Assembly (NCBI GenBank): GCA_951406725.2
Contig: OX597831.1
Span: forward strand, 59,830,001-59,894,000
DNA from: Octopus vulgaris
Taxonomy: Eukaryota
Direction: 5' to 3'
DNA length: 64,000 nucleotides
Shown here: piece by piece, positions 26,491 through 41,039 of the stretch
How the letters are laid out: every line of letters starts with the position of its first letter
How positions within the stretch are numbered: the first letter of the stretch is position 1
The notes under the pieces: model-generated
Databases searched by the model: none
What the model was told of the DNA's origin: nothing
What the model saw: the letters and a program-made list of their open reading frames with translations, nothing else
Translations under genes and position numbers: made by a program

Positions 26491-27140
26491 ACGAATTTAT
26501 ATAGTCAGGTGTAGGAACGTATATAAACATTATCGCGTAAAGTGTTTGGAGTAAATAAAAAAGTATATGTACGACAACACTATAAAATTCTTATGCTTGT
26601 TTAATGATACGCAAAGCTATGGGGTAATGTGCTATTATTTTATGAGGAAGAGATATTAATAAGGAACTCCGTGCGAAAACGGTTGTACAATCTCTAGTAT
26701 ACACACTATTTCATGTTGAGTTAGTTATTACTGTGGGCTAGGGTTTTACCTTTCCTTGTATAGCAATTGCAAAAAACTACTATTATCTCAGGTTCAACTT
26801 TGTTGCCTCTCTTGCCTGTGTAGTGTCTCTCAACACTGTTTGGTCGTAAAAGAGTGACGCCACAAGAAATGACTTTGTACTGGGAAAATCTACCTAGAGA
26901 GCATTTTGTATCACTTCGGCTGTGGTATGTAAATGTTGTTGACTAAGAATACGTCACGCACGTTTTTTTTTTCTGTTGCAATTTTTGGAGCTGGAATCGA
27001 TGTGGTCTAAACGAAAAAATCATATTCGTAACATCAGGGGAATAATTTTACGTTCAACTTTTCACAGCACTTGACTGCAAACTTGTGATTAATGTGTCTC
27101 TAATACAGATGCACACACACACGCATACCCCCTCCCCACG

Positions 27141-27268
<128 letters not shown>

Positions 27269-28670
27269 ATGTATATGTTTATGTATTTGTTTTGCCAGTT
27301 TCCTAATGTGACACTGTGTAATGAAACAGATACTGACATTCTTTTTGTTAAATATATACATGCACTCTAAATTCGTTCTCCATTTCGGATTTATTGTGTT
27401 AGTGTTATGAATGTACAACATAATAAGACAACATAGGACTGAATAGGATGGAACACACGAAGAATGGTGTGTTGCTGTAGACGTCACAAGATATGTGACG
27501 AAAGATTTCCAGTCATACAATAAGAACAATAATAAAATTAATCTGAAGGTAAGAACGAATACATAGCGTTTGTGTTTATTTCGCAAAAATTAGGCCATCC
27601 CAAAATATACCAATATGTGTATATAGGGAGAGACCCACACACAAATAACACATACGCAAACACACACACATATACACACACTTACACGCACAGACTCACA
27701 CGCATATTCACGCACACATATATAAATAATACGCCATGTAATTATGCATGGAAACATGCATACCTGTCATATTATGACATTAGATAAAATATAGCCTTAT
27801 ATTTGCATTGTAGGAAGAAATGCATAAAATAATACTCAACCATAAAAAACGAGCAAGTGGCTGGGAAATGAATGTGTTTTACAGAACGAAGAAATTTAAT
27901 TGAGGACTCATTGATTTTGGGCTGTGATGTATGAAATTTCATATTTAATTTAATTACTTTATTCATTTAGTAATTAATTCTCTAATTTCCTAATTATCTG
28001 ATATCACAAATGGAATACAAACAATGCGGCCCGTTTGTTATTTGACAACACGACCTCCCAAATTAAATGCACAGTCACACACAGGTAGACACAAACACTC
28101 AGACGCGTACACACATACAACAACCGCCCTTGCTAATATATCTTTGTGTGTAATAATACATTTTTTTCCTCTTACAATTATAAGTGAGTAATATGAGTCT
28201 GCTTCAAGTACAATGTCTGGCAGAAATGAATAAATATGATATACGTGTGTGTACAAAATAAAAAAAGGAAAGTAATTTATTTCGACGCTGAACCGGAGTT
28301 ATTGAAATAATTATTTTGCATTGCAATTAAATCTATTGTTAATTAATTAGCATTGAAAACATAATTATTGTTTATTTTTAAACAAAGCAATGTGTTAAGC
28401 TAATATGTCTACAAAACAAAGAAAGAGGTTAATTGTAAAAAGAACACGAAAAAATGCGAACTAAATCATTGTAAGCAGTTTTCACAGATTTTAAATATAT
28501 ATATATATAGATATGAAAATGTGTCTAAAATATGTCCCAATCCCTTTGATGTTATTTTACTCTATTAAATATAACGAATATATAGTTTCAGCATGCCACA
28601 AAATTTAAGCGGGATTCTAAATAAGCCGCGTAGAATTTCATGTCATTTTGTTTCCTTTATCATTTTTGCA

Positions 28671-28830
28671 AGGCAGCGAGATAGTATAACTGTAAGAATG
28701 CTGGACAAAATGCTTAGCGACGTTTCGGCCGTCTTCACGTTCTGAGTTCAAATTCTGTAGAGGCCGTCTTTGATTTTGATCTTTCCGGATTTGATCAAAT
28801 AAATACCAGTTGATTACTGGGAGCGATTTG
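28671..28830 (+). mobile_element. Degenerate Nin-type SINE copy
   Basis: AAATGCTTAGCGACGTTTCGG...GTTCTGAGTTCAAATTC...AAATAAATACCAGTTG aligns to the 3345-3565 family. Confidence 0.7.
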
Positions 28831-28861
28831 AAAAACATGCTTTATTTTTACAAGAGAATAA

Positions 28862-29292
28862 GGAACTTTTCGGTTTGAACGGCAGTTTTTTCTAGCGGAG
28901 TCATACGAAATTGTCACCCATAATTATGACCCTAGTATCGATCTATTGCATTTCAATCTGTTTTAGGTTTAGGGTTAGTTAGGGTTAAAATTAGGTGTGG
29001 GGTAAGGGTATCTTTTTTCCATCAGAAATGTAAATAAACCCAATCTGTTTCTTAAACGAGGGAATAGTCATACGGCACAGAATGTTTGACCTCAATAGAC
29101 GTCATTGATTGGTTGAAATTGCAGAAATTGAAGAAAAACAAAAGCAAATATCTTACAAACTATAGAGCTTCCTCAATAAAGCCAAAAGAAAAATATGTTT
29201 TATAAACACATTCTACCAGTATACGAAGTTTAAAAGTGTTTAGTTACGTTGAAATTATTTTTAAAAAACTACCATTCAAACCGAAAAGATCC
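28862..29292. mobile_element. Second Merlin-like MITE copy
   Basis: Collinear with 3804-4217; TSD GAGAATAA/GAGAATAT (7/8). Confidence 0.9.
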
Positions 29293-31063
29293 GAGAATAT
29301 TTCATTATGATTTGTTTTGCGTAAATGAGTGAAATCACGCTACATGTGTAGAAGGCTTCCGCAAAAATTTAGGAAATGAAGTGAATTTCACGATGTAAGA
29401 CTAATTGTTGTTTAGGCCACAGATTTGTCTTATGGTAAATATGTATTTTAGCTCTGACTATCTCGTACGATATTACTAATATTATGCAATAGTCAAACAT
29501 TGCAACTATAAATATATTTACACAAAATATCCAACTATAAGCCATCATGAATGTGAATAATTCAAACACTTTAAGTAGACTTTCCCAACTGTTAGCATGT
29601 GGCAAGATTTTAAATCGCATAAGTACTTTTAACTTCTGAGGTAATAAGAACTGAATTTTCTATGTTTGTATAGAAGGAACATAAACAGAAAGGCCCCATT
29701 TAATAATGTAATAAATTTTCATTATATCCTGAATCTAAATATGATTTCCAAATTAGCTAGCAATGTTTCATGAACCGACTATATGTAAAACATCAAAGAT
29801 ATTATTACAACAGTAACCCCCTCAGACTGTATGATCATTAGCTCAAATATACGATCATTAGTTGATCATACATTTAGTGATTGCAATTTAACCCAATTCT
29901 GTTATATTCAATCACATCAACTTACAAACATCCAAAACATAGTAGCTCTACAACAAACAGAAGAAAAGCATACTTCTTTCATACATATACCTGATTTCAG
30001 CAAACAGAAAACTTCCGCTCATGTGTTCTGTCGGGACGGAGAATAACAGGACCGAAAATTTATCGCTTAAACATATGTAATATATGATTGGAGCATGTAA
30101 TTGGATATGCCATTTTGATAATTTTGATGTCTAGGAGGAAGATTTTACGTGCATACCTTAGCACTAATTTGGTGATATATAAAATTTCAAGTTGAAATTT
30201 ACAATTAAAAACAATTTCATTAGTAGCCATAATTTTTTTTTGATAATGACGATAAAGTCTCCATGGTTTACAAACGTATAGGAAGGCTTTGCTGCTGATA
30301 TGTTCTTGTAATATCACTCTTATTTGTTTGCGATATGGTTTTACTCAATTTCACATATATTTCCCAAATAGTAAATGGGTAGATCTCTTTCTCTATTTCC
30401 AAAATTTTAACAAATGTATTCGTTAGGAAAAACACTTACCCGTGAGGGTAAGTAAAGAGTTGAACTTCATATCCATGATTGGTAGATCTCTTAATATCTT
30501 CTACAGTATTTTGTATTGTTAAATATGTGTGCACTTTTGACTGACCAGTGAAAGTGGATGTTACAACTCTCGGAGAACAAGAAAACCTATCCTTACAATA
30601 TCAGTGGCATAAACTATCAAGCTACTAAATAAGCAATCGTATGGATGCGTTTATATTCTTATTTATTGCAGTCTCATTTCCTTCTAATTGAATATATTTA
30701 ACTGCATCGCTCTCACGGCTATGTCTATACATTTTCTAAGGTGTAATCAATGATGAATAGTGAAATACTTAAACATAAACAATAAAGATATAGGAGATCA
30801 GTATTCTATGGGAATATTTACTAAAGAACCTGTATATCTGTTCTATAGAGAAAAGCGAACTAATCACGAAATTGTGAGTCTTCAGGCTCTTATTGACTAT
30901 ACTGCGTATATACCACTAACATAATCACAGCTAGATTTCTAATACATGCACATATATGCAAACACACAAACAATCTCGAACTCATACATGGAAAGATATA
31001 TACATATATATATATGAATAAAAAATGAAGTTAACGCAGGTGTAGACAAATATTTTTACTTTG

Positions 31064-31103
<40 letters not shown>

Positions 31104-31954
31104 TACAGGCATAAATACTTACGAACATATATTTATATGTGTGTGTGTGGGACCTTTGCATAGTGGAAATATATTACATAGTTACTTCAAAATTATATTT
31201 ATTACATTATAGAAACAACATGGCATTGGATTGTTGTCTTAAATATAGAAAATCATTTGTATCTTTCCTTAGTCCATAACGGTTTACTGATATCTAATAA
31301 ACATATTTCTAAAATATTTTTTAGGAAATATTGATAGCTACATAACTAAATATCTTGACATAATTTTTTATGGTTATCTTTTTATTCTTCCTTCATCTGT
31401 TGAAGTCATCATCAGTTTAAATACTAACCTGGTTTTACATAGAATACCATATTTCTTCTGAATGATCCTTATGTAAGCGTTCATGTAATTGTGTTCCTTT
31501 CTCAGATAATTATGAATTTAACCTGTATTGGGTTACCCTGGTGATATTGCGTTATCATAAATCTACAGATATATTGATTTGACCGGAATTTTGTAACATT
31601 CTTTTATATTGCTGAATATGCTGACACAACAGAAACGAGCATCGGTGATACATGTTCTAATCGCAATAAGTTAAATTATTGATTTTCCTTGTCCATCATC
31701 ATATTCTCATATACACAGATTTTCTTGAAATTCTTTAAGCCGTATGTTGACATCCTTGTCATACATGAAGAATTACATTGGATGTTAATTCTATTTGAAT
31801 TTCTTGCGGGTTGTGTGACATAAGTAACCGGGTTCGCTTAACCACTGAGTGCTTTGAAGGTATCCATCTGGATATATGTTTCCCTTTTTCTACTACACAC
31901 AAAACTGAGAATGTGCCATGAGTTCAATAGCGTATTTACCACCCCGTTGTATAC

Positions 31955-32113
31955 CTCGTCATTAGCGAAGACGATATATTACTAGACATAGATGAGGTGG
32001 ACGCAAGCTCCACTGCTGGTCCTAAAGGTTTCCCAGTAATCCTCTTCAAATCGTGTAAGCATGCCCTGGCAAAACCTCTACAGATTCTCTCCCAGAGCTT
32101 TCTTGCAAATGCC
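31955..32113 (+). mobile_element. CR1/Jockey-group LINE fragment (region preceding RT)
   Basis: LVISEDDILLDIDEVDASSTAGPKGFPVILFKSCKHALAKPLQILSQSFL, matching the GPDG...LK.C...LA.PL motif. Confidence 0.7.
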
Positions 32114-32184
32114 TAAATGTGGTGTTCTAGCATGGCCGCACTCACACGACCGAAGCAATTAAAACTGTAAAAAACCATTCCATT

Positions 32185-32216
32185 ATATCCCGAACAACAC
32201 CGGGTATCTCTGCTAG
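32185..32216 (+). mobile_element. Helitron-like 3' terminus
   Basis: Hairpin CCCG-aacaacac-CGGG followed by TATCTCTGCTAG then T. Confidence 0.6.
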
Positions 32217-33921
32217 TGCATTTATATGCTCGTCTCTCCAAAATCTGTCAACGTGTTTTACATGAACACAGAGCCTATCACATCCATCAAGTTATAAAAC
32301 ACGTTTGATATCATGGCTGTGTTGGAGAAATTAAGTTTAAATGTTGATTCCCAGCACATCAACATCTAAGTTTATAATGTCTGGCTAGAATAATATACAT
32401 ATTGTTTTGAAAATTATTGTTATATTTATTTTGGTATATCTTTTGCCTCGGCATGTTCTGTCATATTTTCTGTTGTCTCACCCTAGCTTTATTTTTCTCA
32501 GTCTATTTATCTCTGTAAATGGATATCTCACACTTCCCATGTTTCTCTTTGGCTCGATCTTATCTGTCTTTTTCAGCATCACGTTGTTTGCCTGACTTTA
32601 ACGAGTCTATATAAGCTCTTTCTTCTCTGTAGATGTCTATATAAGTCTCTTCTTCTATATAGATGTGTGTACGTCTCTGTATTTCACCACATCTCTCTGT
32701 GTATATTGTTGTCCGATTGTCTGGTAGTCTTAATATATTTATTTCCTTCCACATCTGTACCTTTCTTCACTGTCTTTGTATCAATTTTTTAAGTCTGCAT
32801 TCATCCTCATTGTTACCCTGCGTCTCGAAAACTTTACACTCACAATAAATGTCGCTATATTTCTCCTCTTAAATCACACAGAAAACTCTATCTCTACGTC
32901 ACATTTTACAACAAATTCTAATAAAACCATTTTTCATTATTTTGGTTCTGTGGTAATTGATTAATTTTCAAGGATAATAAAAGACTTTCTTGTATGATAT
33001 TGATTTCAAAATAGAAACTTTTCTTGTATATTGTGAACTGATTTATTTTTTTTTAAAGAATTTGATAATAGGATTTTCTCACAACAATAGAGAGATAAAA
33101 GGGTGGAAAATGGAGGTGAGAAAGCTTTATATAGAAAGGCGGAAAGTGAGTGCAAATGTATTATAACTTACAGATAATTGCATAAAATATACTTGATTGT
33201 TTGTAAAGATTTTATGTATTTTCCTAAGTGTACATTAGTGAGTGTGTGTGTGCATGTACTCCCATATGCGAGTGAGTGTTTATGTATATATTTCACTCTC
33301 TCCCTCTCCTCCTCTCTCTTTATACGCATATACACATTTATATCATATATAATATCTTATGCAACATGTATCTACGAAGCATATTTGTAGGTATTAATAT
33401 CTTCATATACACCAGGGTAAAGTTGCTATTTGTGCACTTGGATTTTGTTATATTAATTTTGTTTGCAAATTATTCATTTAGTGTATATGTGTAACGCACA
33501 CATACAATAGAGGATTCATAGATGGATCGAGAAATACATGCATACACATACGCATATACATATATATACATATATGTATGAAAGACGCCTGTTTGTGATG
33601 TCCTGTTATTGATATTATTATTATTATTGTTTTTACGTATTATTTTTGTATTCATATCCGTGTAACATCGTCCGCTTTTCTGTCCTAGATTTGTATACAT
33701 TCGAATCTTTCCTCCAAGGAATCTAATGCACTTAGCTTAGTTTTTCCTTGGGGCTGGCCAGATTGGAGCAATCTCAAGATTAATCAGTCGAAATCGCGAG
33801 GATGATCCGGTTCTTGACTGAAGATTGAAGGCTTCGAACGTCCTATTTTTTGTATCGTCCGTGTTTTTTGAATCGTCTTCTAAATGTTTTGCGTTCTTGT
33901 CCCAGTTTGTATTTTTTATAC

Positions 33922-33967
<46 letters not shown>

Positions 33968-33970
<3 letters not shown>

Positions 33971-34221
33971 TACAAAATTTAAAGGACTGACCACTAAAAG
34001 TGGACGGTCAACATGCTAGATATAGACGTCAAAATCGCTATTTTCCACAAAGAATGTGTTCTCAAATAAAGAACTCAGCACAAACCAAAGCATTAAAAAT
34101 AAGCAAGACAAATGAAAATATACGAAAAAAAATGATTACCTATGTACAGATCAGTTTCGATTGTTAATATCCACGCATATGGATACCTGCAATCTTATCA
34201 GCATAGTCTGTGATATAGAAA

Positions 34222-34230
<9 letters not shown>
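33968..34230 (-). mobile_element. (TA)n-flanked PLE pseudo-LTR-like island
   Basis: TA runs on both sides; hammerhead motif inside. Confidence 0.6.
34140..34206 (-). ncRNA. Type I hammerhead-like motif with extended stem II
   Basis: Minus strand CTATG-CTGATAA-GATTG..TATCCA tatgcg TGGATA..CAATC-GAAA-CTGATCTG-TA-CATAG. Confidence 0.7.
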
Positions 34231-34320
<90 letters not shown>

Positions 34321-35934
34321 GAATATATAAGTGTGTGTCTATGGACGTGTATAACTACATATCAGTCTGTAAATATATGTGTACCTAAATATCTATTCAT
34401 ATTCATATATTTATATACACACTTATATAGATAATGTATTATAAAAGTCAAATATGTTTTGAATTTTACTAATTCCTATCCATGGCTAACTTTCTGTGCT
34501 ATTAAGAATTTAGTAAGGGAGTTCGCTTGGAAGGACAAGAAGTAGTTTCAACGTCGGATCAAAGAACGGACTAAAAAGGTGGATTCCAACCGTACAACAC
34601 AATTGCCTTTACTTAGAATCCTACGCTGCTTTAGTTGTAACTTGAAGAATAAAGGAAATGCGTTACCGAAGTATTATTAAAAGTTTGAATTTACACATAC
34701 ACGCGCATGCACACACATACACACACATATGCTTTCTCTTTCTTTCTACCTGTAATTGTATCTGAAACTACTGATTGGCGTCATTTGTATTATTCCAGTA
34801 ATCAGTGCATATTATTCAATTTTTTCTTTTTATTTTGGATTTCATGAGATCTTGATTTATGTATTAGTATTTACCGAATGTTTCATTAGGATATCCATGA
34901 CGTGGATCTTAGAAAGAAAATGAATGCGAAGGCTCAGTTGTGTGACACAGAAAAGACACTTCATACTGGCTGTTAAACCACCGTCCGCGAAGGCAAATGT
35001 GATTCTTATAAAAGCAAACAAAAGAATTTACTCAGAAATCAGTAGCCTTGTACCGATAATGCATCTCCAAAGAATGCTTATTATGTCATTTATAGTATTG
35101 GAAATACAAGAACATTTAGATATATATGGGAATTGCATCCTAATTTTTAGGTCTGTAAAACAGTTAAAAGGGAACATAGTCATCTGCATATGTAAAAACT
35201 TTTCATGTATATCATCAGTCAGATCCAAGAAACTTTAAGATGTAATAAGTATTTCATGACCATTACAGTCATATGTATATTTGGTTGGTCATCGCAGCTC
35301 ACTCGATAAAAAATGAAATGTTGGCCTGATTGTTACATTAGTTTGTTGCATCTATCCATAACTAGGAAAGTTTAAGTCTATAAAACACGTTATCGACATA
35401 CTTATGGACCATTTCTGGTCAGACAATCGTTTAGCCTTGTCATACAATCTATAGCAAAAGAAAACAGAATGACATATCAAGAGAACACTCAAGGCTGCAT
35501 CTCGTAACATCATCACGATCAAATTAATAATTGACCTTTTGCTTACTTATAAATGTATCTATAATTCAACGATATTCACAAAATTTAAAGTGATTTTAAA
35601 GGCATAGCTAATTTGCTCATTGTTGGGATAACTGCCTATGAAACGATGCCATACCAATTCCAGTCTTGGTCAATTATAAGATATTTTCAGGCTTCTCACA
35701 CTGTTCGTAAGAACCTCTGGTTGATCTTTTCACATGGAGTAGATACCATCTATTAGTTTATAATGTTGTAGTAAAAATCAGGCTTCGAATCTCAGCGATG
35801 TGACTAACGTACCTATCATATTTACGTACTCTGAAGGGTTGATATATATGTTTCTCAGCGCAATAGCCATTGTAGTGCGCAATTGATTTCCCTGAAGAGC
35901 GTCAATTTCAAAGTTTGTGTCAGTAGCGTGAATA

Positions 35935-36140
35935 ATGATTTCAAATTTTGGAACAAGAAAAGCAATTTCGGGGAAGGTGTATGTGGATTGCTTCAACCCT
36001 ACTATTCAACTAGTACTCCTTTTTTTGGATCCCAAAAAGTTGAAAGACAAAACTGACCTCGGCGGAATTTGAACTCTGAACTTAAAAACTGACGGATTGC
36101 CGCTAAGCATTTTCGCCCCGAGGTAACGATTCTGTCCGGT
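35935..36140 (-). mobile_element. Nin-type SINE copy
   Basis: GACCTCGGCGGAATTTGAACTCTGAAC...CCGCTAAGCATTTT matches 3345-3565. Confidence 0.75.
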
Positions 36141-37559
36141 GGTTACTTTCATTACCGTGAATATTGAGAGAATTATCTAGTATGGGAGTTGATTTAGAAT
36201 TCATTTTCAGATTCTTTTTCTTGACCACGGAGTTAAAATAGAACTCACGTGGGGCACCTTCCACCACATTTGCTAATACATTATTTTAGACCTCGTTTTA
36301 TATGGCTCCGATTATTATTCTTTATTTTTGGTCAATGATGAGAATATCTCAATGAAGATAAAATCTCATTTTTGGTATTGAATCAACTCTACATTATAAA
36401 ACATTGTTACGCATCGATATATTAAAAACAAACTAATATGAGAAATGATAGATTATTATTTCCACATCTAGCAACATTATAATGATTGAGATAATATAGG
36501 TTACCACACAATGATGCTTATTAAAGGGTAGCGAATTATAAGCAAACTTTTATAGAAGACATAATGTCACAAATTAGGCTTTGTTGCTGATTCAATCCGT
36601 TGTTCCGTCGTGTAACGTACATATAATGGGAGCTTATTTCAGACTTAGAATGGATATATCTGCTAACTGCTAACCTTCAACAGATATTACTTAGCGATAT
36701 TTATTTCTGCCTCAATGCGTTCAGCGTCGAAATTGAGTAAAGGTTAGGTTTTCTTGGAGGAATTAAATGACTCCCACTCAAATGTTGTGGCCGATTAATC
36801 GACTATAATGGCTAACCACAAAATTAGATACCATGCTCCATGTTTATGCCAAAACGTACTTTAAAATGGTATAACAATATCAGGATTCAATATATATCGA
36901 TATCAGGCAGTTGAATTACTTCATGAGTGCCAAATTTGTACCACAATAATATTACCACTGTTCAAATTCACTGCACTGAATCTCGCAGAAGTGTGTTCAA
37001 CACGAACATTGATTTAACCAAATCGGAAACGAAGACAAGATGGAGATATGATGTTATCTTATACTTATTGCTGCTTGTACAGCGAATGAATTTGCAATCG
37101 TGTCTACCAGTCTTCATTTTCAAAGATTTTGATTGGTCTTCGTCGAACTGTTCTTTCCCTTCTAGAAACCGAGTGGGCTTAATCGAAAAGTCACCCTTGC
37201 CATTGACTGTTTTTATATCTAAATCATTATATGTAGATAATATCTTTACCTCTTTTATCAATATATATGGTCAGCCAGGGAATTAAATCTTTGTTGATAA
37301 ATATAGATCGACTCATTTTTCATTGTTGTAATAATTCTCTGTTTAGATCTTAGGCGAATCACAAAAATGTGGTGATTTGTTTTATATTGTTATTTGTGTT
37401 GTAGGTATTGATACATCCTTAATTATTTTGCACTCTAGCTTACGGTATCTGTTCAACATAAATTATATTTTGTTGCTGCAATAATATCTAGTATAAACAG
37501 ACAATTTTTATAAGTTTCATAATGAATATTGTATTTAGTATTGTGAGGTTGCAATATTT

Positions 37560-37860
37560 ACGATCGTGAGGTTGCAAGTTCGATTCCCGGAGCGGTCTTC
37601 GTGTTGTGTTCTTGAGCAAGACACTTTATTTCACGTTGTTCCAGTTAACTCAGCTGTAGAAATGATTTGCGACATCACTGGTGCCAAGCTGTATCGGCAT
37701 TTGCCTTTCCCTTGGATAACATCAGTGGTGTGGAGAGAGGAAGGCCGGTATGCATGGGCGACTGCTGGCCTTCCATAAACAACCTTGCCCAGACTTGTAC
37801 CTCGGAGGATAATTTTCTAGCTGCAATGCCATGGTCATTCATGACCGAAGGGGGTCTCCC
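37560..37860 (+). mobile_element. tRNA-derived SINE of a second family, 5'-truncated
   Basis: B-box AAGTTCGATTCCC then GTGTTCTTGAGCAAGACACTTTATTTCAC core-like domain, shared with 52420-52490 on the minus strand. Confidence 0.75.
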
Positions 37861-38147
37861 ACCATTATTTAGTATACCAATAAATGCCATAAATATTTTG
37901 CGCGCGCGCGTGTGTGTGTGTGTGAAGCACTTACAGAGTCAGTTCTGACACCATAATGAAGCATGGTCTGACGCCATGAGTTTCGCTAGCAGTCAGAATT
38001 TCTTCCAAAACCTCCTGGAAATGATATTTTATATTTTACGCGAAAAAGCAAGTATAAATGACATGTTTTTAGATATATTCTCACTAAATTTAAAATGCAC
38101 TAATTCTAGAAATCTATATTATCATAATTATCATCATCATTATTATT

Positions 38148-38637
38148 GAGTGAGAGGGCAGTGCAAGCCACCAACGTGACATTGGGGTATAATAAATGAA
38201 GCCCAATATACCCATCACGACTATCCGTCTGATACGAAACAGCGCATGACCTTGCAGGTGGGGCCCAATAGGAATTTTCATCCGATCAAGTAGCCCATCC
38301 GTCTCAAAATGTCCCTGTATAAGGTTTGTTTTGAGGATGATGAACAAAACAGCCCTGTTTCTAGAAGAGAGTTATTCAAACTCCAAATAATTATTCTCAA
38401 CACATAGCTATGATGTTCCTCCAATACTTCTGCTATTGATCAGAAATGCAATGTTCGTCATCCCCCAACGGATATGCTCAAATGGTTATGGTCAAACAAC
38501 TGAGAAACAAATCATTGGTATTGAGCAGAATATTTGTTGTAACACATCTTTTATTCCAAGATAAAACAAAGTATATAATAACACATCTAATCAGTTAAGA
38601 TAAAACTTTAAAAAACATGCGAGCCACTGCCTTCTAC
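38148..38637. mobile_element. Unclassified interspersed repeat between (ATC/ATT)n tracts
   Basis: Higher-GC block bounded by triplet microsatellites; resembles a recalled octopus repeat; single copy in this window. Confidence 0.35.
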
Positions 38638-38639
38638 TT

Positions 38640-38725
38640 TATTATTATTATTACTATTATTACTATTATCATTATTATTATTATTACTATTATTACTATT
38701 ATTACTATTATCATTATTATTATTA

Positions 38726-38818
<93 letters not shown>

Positions 38819-38825
38819 TATCATC
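38640..38825. repeat. (ATT)n microsatellite
   Basis: Directly visible; another run at 38985-39070. Confidence 0.95.
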
Positions 38826-38984
38826 ATTGTTTAGTACTGTTATTTATATCACGTGCTTTCACTGCACTCCCGAGCGAAGTTCTGTGTGCCTTGGTTATGT
38901 GCTCTAGTTTGAATATTTACATTTGCGAGAATTTGGTGAGTAGTTGAGTCAATGTAATCTACATCTTCCCCAATAGTAGAAACG

Positions 38985-39058
<74 letters not shown>

Positions 39059-39070
39059 CGTTATTACTTA

Positions 39071-39268
39071 CGGAGGTAAACTTAAGGAATCAATACCGCA
39101 CGGGACACATCGTTAGTAGCATCTCTTCCGGTCTTACGTTCTAAATTAAAATGTCGCCGGCGTTGGCTTCGCCTTTTATCCATTCCCAGCTGAGTCCTAG
39201 TGTGGGTATCCTCTACGTAGCTCCTCACCTAAAATGTTTGGCCTTATACAAAAATTCGAAATCCTTAT
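39071..39268 (+). mobile_element. Highly degenerate Nin-type SINE
   Basis: GTCTTACGTTCTAAATTAAAATGTCGCCGGCGTTGGCTTCGCCTTTTATCC resembles the family core; 3' GGCCTTATACAAAAATTCGAAA. Confidence 0.55.
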
Positions 39269-40733
39269 TGTTGCTTTTGATGTTATTTTAACCTAGTCGC
39301 TTTACATACACAGTTTGGAGTAAGGCATCTCGAATTATCTTGATATTTGATAGGGCTCCTGTGTGTGGATTTTGTTTTAGTACTTTTGAAAAATTGTAAC
39401 TGCATCTGAATCGCAAAGTTGTTCTTGTGGAAGTATCGCATTAGAGAAGATAGTAAAAAAAAATAATAACTTACAAAGATCAGAAGTAATGGTCGTATCT
39501 CTGGAATATACCAGTGTGGACGTGTAGCAATCTCTCTGTGCCAGTGAGTGTGTATCGTGATTGAGTATTTATCAAGTCCGTAGAGAACAATAGAATCAGA
39601 CGGTTAGCTATGTATCTACGCTATGTATAATAATCTAAAAGGGTGACTCAACAGGAATTCGTTGACAGGGACTAGACTACAGAATATTGAACGCATCGTG
39701 TCTGTCAGTTAATAACTACAAAGAATAAATAAGAATTTTGGCTAAACAGCATTCGGCAGAAAACAACAGTCAGCATGTGAGATAAAACATTCTGAAGATT
39801 GCGAGTATAATAGAATCAGCAAGGATTAGTAAAGAAATATCTGCAGTAAAACAGATTAGAGAGAAATTTAGCGAATTTCAATAAGATATTTGAGAAAACT
39901 TAATGATGAGTGACGTGCATAGGGATAGAGTGGGTTACAACCATTTTGTCAATGCAAATCCTAAAGTTGTTTAGTGAAGACGGCAAGGATATGAGGTCGC
40001 TCGATGGATCTGTTTGGAAAAGGTACAACACGACAGAGATTCTTCACATGGGTGTTTGTTGGACGAAGATAATAACACGCTACTTGAACTCAAGCAGATG
40101 TGAGTCTTTTTAAGGTTCACTTTGATCAATTGTGTTGGTTACTAGAACGGAGCTCTGCCTATGTTTTGTGCCTACTTACAAGGTCAGCCACTATTCTGTG
40201 AGGAAGCTGCAAGGTGATGTGAAACGTAGGTTGCATCGGCTGAAAGAAAGAAGCTACGATTAACTTTGATAGACCCAAGAATGCCCGGTTTAGCTTTTTT
40301 CCTCAAAGAAACTAAGAATGTTTCGTGCAATAACCGTGAAAGAATTTCCCAACCCTATAAGACATAGAGCGGTGGCTTTGCATCGCAACCACGCGATCAT
40401 GAGGGACGCAATATATATTTTCATCCGCAATTACTTCTACATTCAGAGTATGTGATTTTGCGTCTTACAGGTTGAGCTTCTAAAGTGCAGGGGGCTGATT
40501 TTTCTACGACAATATAAAACAGGGGGGATTGTTGTTAAACCTGTATTCGGTAAAAAAATAAATTGCTTAGAGTAATTGAAATGTTTCATTTTCAATACAG
40601 TTTCAGTTCATTTTTCAGACGCTCGAAGGTATCAATGCATAACAGAAAATATCATTATTACTATTACTATTACTATTATTATTGTTATTATTATTATTAT
40701 TACCATTACTATTATTATTGTTGTTGTTGTTGT

Positions 40734-40985
40734 TTTATGTACAGCTTTTCACGCTGGAGATGCACTGCGGTGTCACCTGTTCACTATCGGTGAACTAAGG
40801 TAAGATCCCTTATTTTTCGAGGACAATCCAGATTATTCGAGCGGCTCCAAGTAGTGCTCTCTTTATACAAATGCTCCAACCTCATTGCAGCTCCTAGTTG
40901 TTCCATGAATTTCTCAACATATTTTACTCACTGTTCCCAGGGTTCCGACAGTAATTGGTACTACTACAATCTTTACAGCAATCAA
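40734..40985 (-). mobile_element. R4/Dong-clade 3' fragment (endonuclease C-terminus plus 3' UTR)
   Basis: IVVVPITVGTLGTVSK...ALLGAARIIWIVLEK*; near-duplicate of 42346-42590; 3' end runs into (AAC)n(AAT)n on the element strand. Confidence 0.8.
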
Positions 40986-41039
40986 ATGTATAATATAAAA
41001 TCCATATTTCACATCGAAACCACTTTAGAAAGTATTAAC

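Noticed and set aside
33700-33915. CTGAAGA...TTCGAACGTC as a hammerhead in a TA-adjacent island
   Set aside because: Lacks GAAA and convincing stems; the island is probably a repeat but the motif is unsupported
36927-37286. Overlapping 119-aa and 97-aa ORFs as host exons
   Set aside because: No recognisable domain or convincing splice sites; possibly a decayed LINE
39500-40460. Additional Dong-like relic
   Set aside because: Only faint motif echoes; cannot be supported without an alignment
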